Assembly: GCF_009914755.1 (NCBI RefSeq)
Contig: NC_060935.1
Reading direction: 5' to 3' (one strand)
Origin: the human T2T-CHM13v2.0 reference genome, Homo sapiens
Length of the DNA: 64,000 nt
The notes below the pieces were generated by a model. The model was not told the DNA's origin. It ran no database searches and was given only the letters and a program-made list of their open reading frames with translations. Made by a program: the position numbers and the translations under genes. Shown here in pieces: positions 1 to 11,832 of the stretch (the stretch's first letter is position 1; the number at the start of each line of letters is the position of its first letter).

Positions 1-270
1 AGATTCCAGGGAAAGGTTGTGCTGAGGTTACAAGCAATAAGAACTCAACTTTAAGTGCTTAAGAAAACAGTCAAGCTCTGAAATCATAAAGTGCCATTTA
101 TAGGAAAGTGATATGATTTTGGGTGCACATGCAAATGTTTTATTATCTTGTGAGAAAACAGAATAATTCTAATCCTTGCTTGAAACTTAAGTCTTATGAA
201 AGAAAATATGACCCTACTTAAGGACCTTAGCAAGAAGGGTAGGCTTATTTTGGATGACAGTCCAGAGAAG

Positions 271-640
271 TTGTCTGAGACTGGGTTCTCCCCAAAGCAG
301 ACCCTGGCACAGGTGTGTGTTCAGGGAGTTGAATTAGAAGGGAGCAAGAGGAAGGGACAAGGAAGCAAAACAGGGAAGGAGGAAAATAAAAAGAAGGATG
401 GATGTTGAATTGGCCACTATTACGCTTCATCCCATGAGACTATCTGAGGGGTCTACAATTACCCAAGAAATGAAAGGGAGTAGCAATTGCCCATCAACTC
501 TGATCCCCTGTGTCCCCACAATTCCAGAGAGGCTCGAGGGCAGGTAGCAAGCATGAGAGGGCCAGAAGTAGTTGATGTCAGGTGGTGCCTCCACAAACCT
601 GGTTGAAGCTTGCCTGGAAGTGGTTGCCTTGTCAGGGACA
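271..640 (-). mobile_element. LTR16-like ERVL solo LTR, highly diverged
   Basis: tgtctgagactgggttctccccaaagcagaccctg...cagggaaggaggaaaataaa resembles the reverse complement of the LTR16 3' end; right boundary approximate. Confidence 0.55.
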
Positions 641-1973
641 GGAAGCAGAGCGGCTAAAGAGACCTAAAGCTGTGCACAAAGATGGTTCCACTCCAGGAAC
701 ATAGGCTGTGGCACTAACACTCCCAGCAAGTGCTAAGGGCCCTGATGGTGCCCAGGGACCTGGCCTCTAGCATGGTGACTGTCCTCTGACATGTTGATTG
801 TCCTCATGTTACCAAAGGCCTTCAGTCAGATATGGCTCAGACACAGAGCCTGCTCAATTTTTTATGAATTCAGTTTTGCTAAAATAAGCCCTTTTCCTCT
901 AAGCTAAGGCATCAACCCAGCTTAGAGAGGAGGTGATTCAGCATTGCTTACTAAGAAGGCTAACTCCCATGCAACGTTGACAGAATTTGTTATAACATCT
1001 CCTTGGAAACCATTCCAGTGTCTGAGCATCAGAGCACCCAGGCAGCCCACAAATACCAGAGACAGGTGCTAACAGGGATCACATAGGCCAGAAATCAAAG
1101 GCTGCCCTTCAAGTTGCATTATGCTTACTCAGTCTACTAAAAGTTTTGTGTTTGCTGATTTTTCTTCTCTAAATTCATCCAATTGCTGATTTGACTATGT
1201 CCTTCATCTACTCAAAAATAATTTTTAAAAGCCCATCTAGTCTTTTGACCCAGGCAATCCATGACAAATTTATTGTCAGTAGTATTTAAAATAAAACAAA
1301 TTTATCTTCCAGACCTGTAACTAGGAAAAAGCATCATTTTTAAACGATGTTTAGAGTTTGTATATTCTTAATACTTCAATAGTAGGCAAGTGAGCCCCAA
1401 GTGCAGAATATTAAAATTTAATAAACAGGCATTTCCTCTAGCAGTTTCCACCCCCAAATATTAGGACCATAGCACTTTGAAGCCAAAAAGTGAGGCGTAT
1501 TCCCAGCCAGTGGGAGGATAATCGTGTCCTTGAAATAACTCAGTCAGGATATTAAGACGTGATCGTAAACAGTGAAACGCTAATCCGCACCAACGTTTTT
1601 AAGCTTTTTGGACTATGAATCACATACTTCTCCCGACTGACAGGTAGTTCCTGGTCCTAGCAAAGTTAGAGCTGATTTGCTTTTAGTCCTTGCTGACATT
1701 TGGTTCTCTAGATTTTCCTTTGATTTTGTGAGTTGTCCTCACCGTGATTTCCCCAGACATTTTGTTTTTAGCCAGTTAGTTTCTAAGGTTTGTTTCCTTA
1801 TGAACAAATAAGTTATGTTTACTGGTAACTGATACTTCTTAAGGCAAACTCCAGCAAAAATACTGAGAATGTCCTTTACAGAAGGTAAGTAGGGGTAAGA
1901 AGCTTACTGAGAGGCCATCTGTGCTCCTAGAATATAGTCTGATTTGAAATTAGTATGTTTTTGAAACAAGTAA

Positions 1974-1975
<2 letters not shown>

Positions 1976-2012
<37 letters not shown>
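1976..2012. repeat. (TG)18 microsatellite
   Basis: Pure TG run seen directly. Confidence 0.97.
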
Positions 2013-2015
<3 letters not shown>

Positions 2016-2049
2016 AAAAGAAATGCTTCTTAGCAAAAATATTATAACA

Positions 2050-2270
2050 CCAAGCAGCTACTACATACCTCAGGCACTGGGCTGGCTAGGTACTGTTAAT
2101 CTCAACTTATTTAATTCTTGCACATTTAACCCCCAGGTAAAGTTTGTCATGGTCTTTTTGAAAATGAGCACACCCAGGTTTACAATCATTAAGCAACTAG
2201 ACTAGTGGCTTATTTCTTGCAGATTGTTTGAATCTAGGTCTCTTTCATTTCAAAACTCATACTTTTTCCA
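2050..2270 (-). mobile_element. MIR SINE, degenerate
   Basis: ttatttaattcttgcac...aaaatgagcacac...tttgaatctaggtct matches the MIR reverse strand. Confidence 0.55.
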
Positions 2271-3117
2271 CAAAAATTTAAAAAGACAAAGAAGTTTAAA
2301 TAGGGGCAGGAGGGAAAAGCAGCTGCTTTCAAATTAACCACTTTTTAGGTCTCTTTGTACGGTTTTGGTTCAACCAAATGCAAAACACATTTTGCCCAGA
2401 GAACCTTTCCCTTTAATTTCAAAATCTCCATAATTCATAAGGAACACAATCCACAGATCTCTAATCTGTTTACCTTAACATCGTCAAAATATCACATGCC
2501 AGAAACTTCTTGGGGTCTGAGATGCCTTTTGTCTTTTTAATCCCAGCCTATTTTCCCCTAATCCCAAACTACTTGCCAATAGGAGTGATGTCCAAGTCTA
2601 AAAGACATGAATTTGATTTAAGACTGTCACCTGCTTAGAGAAAAACAGATCGTAAAATTTGTAATGTAATTGTTATTCTTCACATGTTAACTGCATCAGA
2701 AACACCAGGACAGCAAGACACCAAAGAACTAGGCTGGGATTGTTCCCCTTCCTTAGATTTCTTCCCAAGAATTCCTCTTCCTTCCCTCTGATGATACATG
2801 TTCAGGAAATCAAATCCCAGATCTCTTAGAAAGAAACTCAAAAGAGCTTCCCATCTTTACATTTTAAAGGTATTACTATTCCCTTTTGACAAACAAGGCA
2901 CCTGGGGTCTGCGGATATTAATCTACTTGCCTAAAACTACTGAGAAGCAGAGTAGGCTGGAGCTTTTACTGCAGTATATTTTGTTTTCTTTTTTCTTTGT
3001 GTTTTTTTTTCTTTCTTTAAGATGTCAGTCCATTTTCAAGGGTCCAGCTTTTGGGTTGGAAGAGACCAAAAATAATTGGGAACATCTGTACAAAGAGCAA
3101 ATAAAACCTTGCCCGTG

Positions 3118-3545
3118 TCAATGAGCACTTGCATGAGGGAGACTCTGAGCTCGCGTTCTGAGGATGCCATGGCAAACAGTAAAGACAGGCCCTGGTTGCC
3201 CAGACCTCATCCTCTAATGGGGTATGCAGTTAGGTGAGCATGTGGTTGTTGCATACCAGGATGAGCGCCCTGAAAGGAGAAGCTCAGGACGTCCTGGGGC
3301 CCAGAGGAAGATCCCCTAACCCTGACCTGCTGGTGCAGAGGGGAGAGGGAAGGCTTCCTAGAGGAGGCAACGTGTCTAAGCTAAGACTGAAAGGACAAAT
3401 GGGATTTCACTAGAGGAAGAAAAGAAGAGATATGGAGGAGAGATTTGGGGAAAATATTTCAGGAAGAGATTAGAACCTGTGTAAAAGTCCAGAGATGAGA
3501 GAGAACCAAATGGTTCTAGAAACATGGCAAAGGAGTCTAATAGAG
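3118..3545 (-). mobile_element. L2 LINE 3' fragment
   Basis: aaggcttcctagaggagg...aagctaagactgaaaggac...tttcaggaagag...tgtgtaaaagtccagag, typical of the L2 reverse strand. Confidence 0.65.
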
Positions 3546-4466
3546 AGGGCAACGGCCCACCCTGCAGAGTGTGGAGTCAAGAAAGACGGATCCCCCCTTA
3601 TAAAAGCACCCACCTTGGGTCTCCCTGGTGGGCCAGACCTCACTCAAGGGACCTGTCAGGATCAGTTAGGAAGCTGGTGTGGAGGCCTAAAAGCTGTGGC
3701 AGCATGCATCCTATCTCTGCAGCCCAATAATGCCATGGCAATCCTGACTAGTGTCTGCTACAACTAATTAAGCGCTGCTGCGAGGCTTGCTAATTGGCTG
3801 AGGACCATTTTACGAGGACACAGCAGAGAAAGGCACTGAAAAGTGCCTTTAGATGGTCAAAATGAACTCAAAGTATATTTTTAGATCCACCAGGGCTAGT
3901 CTGAACCAGGGATATCTGAAGAAGTAGAAGAGGAACATTTTAGCAATCTTGATTTTCTGGAAGGAATGTGTTTGCGGCTCAGGGGAGAGAATGTATTTTC
4001 AAGGTTTTTTTGCGGTGCAGTGAAATAACCCCTTTCTAAATGCACGCTGCAGAGTAAGGTGCTGAGTGCTTCCATGTAGCAGCTGCCTATAGACCACTAG
4101 CTGGGGGCATCCTGCACTTTCTGCTGCCACGGTCTGAAGAACTGCCTTACAGAATTGGAACTGCATGCCATTTACCTGCCAGCACACGTATCGGGCAAGG
4201 AGTGGCCTAAGCATCTTGAATGGGCTGCAGGACTCCAGGTACCCACTGAACTCTCACTTAAAAACACAAACCAAACCTAACACACCTACAACACACAAGA
4301 AAGTTGCTTGTAATGGAAATATTTGCTCTTTATACAAAAGATAATTTTACAGATCAGCCAACTGGCCTACATGTCCTCTTAATGGAACTTGATTTAACTT
4401 TGACATCTTGCCCAGGGCCGCATAACACAGAATAGACAAACAAACAAACAAATTACAAGAACCATC

Positions 4467-4700
4467 TTTGAGCATTTAATATTTACAAGGCACTAAGCAC
4501 TTTGATCTTTATTATGTCATTTAATCCTCACAATAACATCATGGGATAGATATTATTTCCCCATTTTATAGAAGTAGCTGAGAAACAGAGAGGTTAAATA
4601 ATTTGCCCTAGATCACCGCTGGAAAGAGACAGAGGCAGGCCAGTCCCAGAGCCTGTCTGATTCCAAAGCCCATGTACTTTTTATTACATCACGTTGCCTC
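4467..4700 (-). mobile_element. MIR SINE, near full length
   Basis: tcatttaatcctcacaataac...ccccattttataga...agagaggttaaataatttgccc...tctgattccaaagccc. Confidence 0.85.
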
Positions 4701-4996
4701 CAAGAGGGGCAGAAGAGATTTTCAGGTCACATGAAACATAATACTTTAAGAGCAGTCACTTTTGGAAGACTTAGTAGCCTTGGCCTTTGTTGGCAAACTG
4801 ATAAAGCAGAGGAAATTAATCAGACAATTTAAGTTAAAAAAAGAAAAAAAAAAAAACTACCCTCTGATGAGTAAAAAAATCTGATTCGAAAAACACATTC
4901 TTTTAAAATATTTGTAATAGTCCTGGAAATGGTTGCAATTGATGATCCACTTATTTCAAAGAATTTTTTTCCCTAGGAAATTTTATTTTAGTTCGT

Positions 4997-5273
4997 ATTT
5001 TTTAATTGATATGTCATAGCTGTACATATTTTGGGGATACATGTGGTATTTTGATACCTGTATACAATGTATAATGATCAAGTCAGGGTAACTGGGATAT
5101 CCATCTACCCCAAATACTTTTCTTTGTGTTGGCAACATTCTAATTCTTCCAGCTATTTTGAAATATACAATAAATTATTGTTAACTATAATTTCCCTATT
5201 GTACTATTCCTTCTAACTGTATTTTTGTACTCATTAACCAACTTCTTTTCCATTTTCAACCTAACAGCCCTTC
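4997..5273 (-). mobile_element. L1MA-type 3' end
   Basis: tgtacatattttggggatacatgtg...aatgatcaagtcagggtaactgggatatcc...ttgaaatatacaataaattattgttaactata. Confidence 0.85.
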
Positions 5274-6099
5274 AGTGCAACAGAAGTTGATGGTGTCTGG
5301 AGTTTGAAGTATTGCTGTTGCATCTGTGTCAGAAAGAACAACTCTGAGCCCTCCACCTGGGCCAGTGGAGCTTCAGGGGCCATGGGGGACAAATGCCTTC
5401 TGCTGGCCTGTGGTCCCAAGGCCCTTTCCATCCTACCAGAATGCACTGGGCCTGTGATTTGAGGCATTAGCAGCTGGACGAAAACAGCTGGAGAGTTTAA
5501 TCAACTCAAGGACAAAAGTTGGCCCAACTTTTTGAACACACTGACAAATCAATTCTGTTAAAATGGCCAATCCCAGAAGCCCTGTTTAAAAACGATGCCT
5601 AAAACTTAATTGGAATAGGGAAAATCCACACTGACCCAAGTACCTTCAGGCCAGCTTCACCCACATGCTCAGCATATGCCAATAAACTCAATGTCTGCTT
5701 TTAGGTCAACTCTCTGCCCTCCCCCTGCCCTTTGAATTCACTCTTTCTCTTCTGGGCAGTGTCCAGCTTGAAGGTAGGAACGTGCTGGCTTAGGTAGGTA
5801 TATCCTAGCCAGATGCCAGAAACAGCAACACGTCAGGCCATACGTAAGTTTTTCTTCTATATCCACACACCTAAGCAGCCAGCAATACCACTACACTGGT
5901 TCCCTCAACTGGTTCCCTCACACTACAAACATACCAAGGGAAGCTCAATATTTAATCCTCTTCAAAGAATTGTCACATACTTTTAAAAAAAAACTGTCTC
6001 ATTTTACACAGATGGGACAAAAACTGCAAATGTGGCAGTATTCATAGTTTTTCCTTTTCCCTTTGGTCTTTATCTGCTAAGCACCTCTCTCCCTTCACT

Positions 6100-6750
6100 C
6101 CCAATAGTTCTTTCTCAACACCATTCGTTCACTAATTGGTGTTTTTTAGCCCCATTGTTTTGTGATAACACATTTATCATTTATTAGGTTCATATACATA
6201 TATAAGTGCACCTCCAAGCACTGTAATTTTTTCATTGGTCTATTTGTTTGCCTTTGCACCAGTACTATACTGTTTTTCTTACTAGGCTTTGTAGTATGAT
6301 CATAGCTGACAGGGCAAATTCTCTTTCTTCTCTTAATCCTCTTTTTAACCAAGTTGTCTTAGCTATTCTTGGAAAAATATATTCTTCCACATGCGTTGTA
6401 AAATAGCCTTGTCACACTTCTCATAGAAATATAACTAGAATTTTAATCACATTGCATTAAGTTTAGGCTTAATTTTGGCAAGAATTGACCACTTTTATAA
6501 AACAAAGTTGTCCCATGCAAGAGAATGAACTATCTCTCCATTTGATCAGAATTTTTTTATATCCTTTAACAGAAAAGGGAGGCCTTAGTCATTCTTAATT
6601 TTGTGCTATATACTTTGTAACTTTTGTTGCTATGGTGAATGCTAATTTCTGACTATATTTTATGACTGGATTTTTCTGCTAAAGAGAAATGCTATTGATT
6701 TTTTCTGAGTTCACCTTGTACCTGGCAAACTTTATCTCTCTAATTAGGGA
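6100..6750 (-). mobile_element. Old L1M ORF2-region fragment
   Basis: cattggtctatttg...gcaccagtactatactgtt...agaattgac...ctatctctccattt...agaaatgctattgatttt. Confidence 0.75.
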
Positions 6751-7224
6751 TCAGTTTTTAGAGGTGGAATTTTATTTCTACCCCCTCAATTAAGATGGTT
6801 CTATTTCATACAAATGGCAAGTAGGTATATGAAAAGGTACTCAACATCACTAATCATCAGAGAAATGCAAATTAAAACCACAAAAATATATCACCTCACA
6901 TTTGTTAAGATAGCTATTATCAAGAAGTCAAAAGGCAACAAGTGTTAGTGAGGATGTAAGGGAAGGGAATCCTTATGCATTGTTGGTGGGAATGTAAATT
7001 GGTATGGCAATTACGGAAAACAATATGGAGGTTCCTCAAAAAATTAAAAATAAAGCTACCATATGATTCAGCAATCCCAACTGGGTATATTTCCAAAGGA
7101 TATGAGATCAGTATGTTGAAGAGACAACTGCACTCCCATGTTTACTGCAGTGTTATTTACAATTTCCAAGATATGTAAACAATCTAAGTGTCTGTCAACA
7201 GATGAATAAAGAAATTGTGGTGTA

Positions 7225-7594
7225 CATGGAATACTACACAGCCATAAAAAAGAATGAAATAATGAGCTTTTCAGCAAGATGGATGAAGCCAGAGGTCAGT
7301 ATCCTAAGTGAAGTAATTCAGAAGCAGAAAACCAAATATTGCATGTTCTCACTTATAAATGAGGGCTAAACAATGAGTATACATGACATAACGATGGAGA
7401 TAAGAGACACTGGGGATTCCAAAAAGTGGGAAGGCTGAAAGGGGGGCCAGGGTTGAATATTATTTATCAGATACAATGTTTACCATTTGGGTAATGGGTA
7501 GACTAGAAGACCGATCCTCACCAGTACGCAGTATATCCATGTAACAAGCATGCACATTTAGATCCCCCCTGGAATCCAAAATAAAATTTTTTAA
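7225..7594 (+). mobile_element. L1PB-like 3' end nested in L1MA
   Basis: gttctcacttataaatgagggctaaac...ccatgtaacaagcatgcac...ccctggaatccaaaataaaa; flanked by TSD aaattgtggtgta at 7212-7224 and 7595-7607. Confidence 0.8.
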
Positions 7595-7786
7595 AAATTG
7601 TGGTGTATATAAATATATGCAATAGAATATTGTTCAGCCTTAAAACAAGAAGGAAATTCTGCCATTTGCAACAACGTGGATGAAACTGGAGGACGTTAAG
7701 CTAAGTGAAATAAGCTAGACACAGAAGAGACAAAAACTGCATGATCTTGCTTGTATACGGACTCTTAAAAAGTTGAACTCATAGGG

Positions 7787-8692
<906 letters not shown>

Positions 8693-10299
8693 TTATGTTG
8701 TTTACCTTGAATATATACAATTTTTGTTTTTCAATTATACCTCAATACAGTTGAAAAAAAGATTGATTCTATTTGCCTTTATAGTGAGAATTTCTTACAA
8801 TCTTGGCATTTTTTTTTCTCTTAAGGCCTATACTGTCACAATCAAGACTTGTCTCTGCAAATGTGAAGATCAATCTAGATGTAAGACTAGCATGTATCTG
8901 GGGCAAATTGATAACAATTTTTCCATGGCCAAGGAATATACAAATACTTGAGTATAAAACCACAAGTTACCCACTGGTACAGGGCTTATGCTCAGAGAAT
9001 CAATGATAATAATTCCTACACACCATCTAACTCCTTACTTTCTGCATACATCCTTCTTTGTTTCTTCATTTCAGAATGTCCAGGTCTCAACTTCAAGCAA
9101 AAGAAGCCAAAAGTAAACAGTCAACAATGGGTCCAAATCAGTGGCAAATACTCTAGAAATCAAGACAGAAACCCTCTCTCCTCCACCTCTTCCCAGAGTG
9201 CCAGAACGGGGCCAGACTTGCAAGTCCTAGGAGGAGGAGCCCTTCCTTTCAGGATATTTGCCAAGCATTCTTGTCTCTCTGAATTGTAACTGGTATCGTT
9301 TTGGGCACAGGAAGGACATAGAAGGGTTAAGTAATGTGCCAGATGTAACAGAATAGGGAAAAAATAAGTTATCTTTCTGGAATTTGATCTGCAGTAAAAG
9401 CCAGTCTGGTGGAGGCTGTGCCTGTCCTTTTTTCTTTCAGTAGTAGGGTTTTTAACCCAATTATCCAGACTTTTTTTTCAGCTCTTTGTTTTATTTTACT
9501 TGTACAATTAGTCTTCAAGTTGATTTGAAAACAACAACAAAAAACAAAATGTAACTTTGAAAGATGTGGAAAGTTAATATTCTCCTGCGAGGCTTTAAAG
9601 GACCACCAAAGTTAGCACATACTTAGCATTTGAATATAGGCCCTGCACTCACTGCCTCCAGTAATAATTTGCTTCAGATAACTTTGCTATTGGAGTGTGT
9701 TTTGGGATAGGTGCTCCGACACCTCTTAAGGCAAATTCCAAACTCTTCTGGAAAGTATTTTTGTAAAAGAGAAACAGTCATAAGGAAGGATTACCAAGGG
9801 GAATTTTGGAAACCAGCCACACAATTAGACAACTTTTCTTCTCCAAGGACCTGTAACTTCTGCTCAGTTTTAGTATTTATATGGACATAGCCCTTGCACT
9901 CTGACATTTTTAGAAGAAATTACACTGTGCCAGAGATCTGGGATCAGTGACAACCACAATGGTCTCCTTGGAAAGCAAAAATGCTCCCAGGAAAAGTCAA
10001 GTCACTTACCCGTTAATCAAACTGTCAGTCACTTCTCACAAGTAAGACTGCTAAATGGATAGGAAAATACCACCTTTGTTCTAAATTTAGGAGATGAAGG
10101 AGGACAAGGGAGAGGAGAAGGAAAGATGATAAAGAGGGAGGAGGTGGAGAGGAGAGGAGAGAAGAGAAGGATTATGACAAAGAAAACTCCAGCTAGGTAA
10201 AGGGAGACAGAGCTGAAAGGAAAGAAGTATCAATGTAGAATGGACAGTCAAAGGAATCGGACAGTAGAGTATCTGGTAGGTAACAGTAGGGAGAGACAA

Positions 10300-10510
10300 T
10301 GGCTATTTTAAGTCACATCTCAAGCTGAGTTGAGTTCAAATTCTGATTCCACTTCTTTCCAGCTGAGTGATCCTGGGCTTGTTCTTTAAGCTTTCTGAAC
10401 TTCAGTTTCCTCATGTGTAAAATGAGTTTTACTATCTTCACCTTGCCATGCTGTTAGCAGGATCAAAATTATGTGTATAAATCCTTGCTCATTACAGTTC
10501 CTATACCATG
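10300..10510 (+). mobile_element. MIR SINE
   Basis: gagttcaaattctgattccac...tcagtttcctcatgtgtaaaatga core. Confidence 0.8.
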
Positions 10511-11409
10511 GTATCTTGGCTGAGAACAAACCCTTTGTCTTTCTTAAGACTGATTAGCCTGGAATGTTCTAAGCTAACCTGCTGTGTTCTTGGGTAATTT
10601 AGTTGTCTTGATGGAAGCCAGAGGATAAGACCACACCCCTGAGAGTGGAGGTGGAGCTTCTCTGAGGGAAATGGAAATCACAGCTGACATCTACTCTTGG
10701 TGAAGGCTAGGTCAATCCTGGGACAGGAAATCAAGACTGTGGAGGTGGGCAAGGATTGCAGGGAGTACGTCTTCCTCTGTGGAGGTGGAGGTTGGTCTTA
10801 AGCCTTTCTTTAGGAGACACACTGTTGGGTATTTTCCCTGGAGAGAAGAAAGACGATTCCTTCAAGATGGTGGCCAGCTGAGAGAAAGTCAGGAAGAGCT
10901 TGCTCAGGACCTGCTGGGCCCAGCAGCTCTGAACATCACACAACAGTAAGTCTGTTTTGTGCTTTCCTTCTGCCATCCCTGACTTTCAGTGAAGGTTTTC
11001 AAAGAATTGCAGCCTACTCTCCACCATCCTTGTGGGTAAATGAGCCTAAGGGAAGGATCAAGGGGAACAGGTGAAGGTAACTGAGGCCAGAGAGAAGCTG
11101 GTCTCCAGAGGCAGGAGGGGCGTGCATAGATGTCCGTGGGAAGCAGAGGGCAGCATTCCAGGGCCTGAGCAGTTGATGACAACTGGGTGGACTGAAGGGG
11201 ACATGTTCACCTGCTCCAGGGAGCCCAAAAGATAGGGAGGACATTCTGATAAACACTGGGCTTTATGTAATCAAGTGGGTGGAAGCAAGTATAAGCTCCT
11301 TTTAATTGATACATTTCCCAAGTATTAACTCTAGTCTAGAAGCAAGATAGTAGTTAATTATCTTCCAGCAAAAGATTTTTTTAAAAGTACTCTACCATTA
11401 CTGGCTTTG

Positions 11410-11832
11410 GACGTGAGAAACTTCCTGCCGTGTTGGTCAGCTTCACATAAAACCCATGAGAAAAGCACCTGATCAATCCCTACTTGTTCTGCAAAGTGGC
11501 CAGCCACAGAAAACCCTCTGCTCCTGACACTGAACAATGTTTCCTTGTTTGAAATGTCCCCTAACTGCTTGCTTGCTCCTTTGCAGCAGACCAAGAATTG
11601 CTAAAAATACCCCAAGATCAATGAGTCTCCCCTGCTTCTCCATCCCACCTTAGCAGAAAGCCGGACAATCAGATTCTTGTCCCAGCATTTCTCCTTACTG
11701 TCTAAAACTTCCTCTTCTCTACACCCTCAAAGCCCTGCTGAAATGAAAGTGATAGCAGATGGATTCCCTTGCTGCAAGTTTATGAATAAACAGCCTATGT
11801 TAATTTTGTCCTGAAACCAGTTTGTCTTTGCA
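11410..11832 (+). mobile_element. ERV1-type solo LTR (MER31/MER67-like), diverged
   Basis: 3' end ttcccttgctgcaagtttatgAATAAAcagcc...tttgca resembles MER31/67-group LTR ends; 5' boundary uncertain. Confidence 0.45.

Noticed and set aside
6975-7178. ORF with similarity to the L1 ORF2p C-terminus
   Set aside because: A frameshifted relic of a 5'-truncated L1, not a functional CDS.
10090-10230. Purine-rich tract as possible H-DNA
   Set aside because: Interrupted low-complexity sequence with no clear mirror symmetry.
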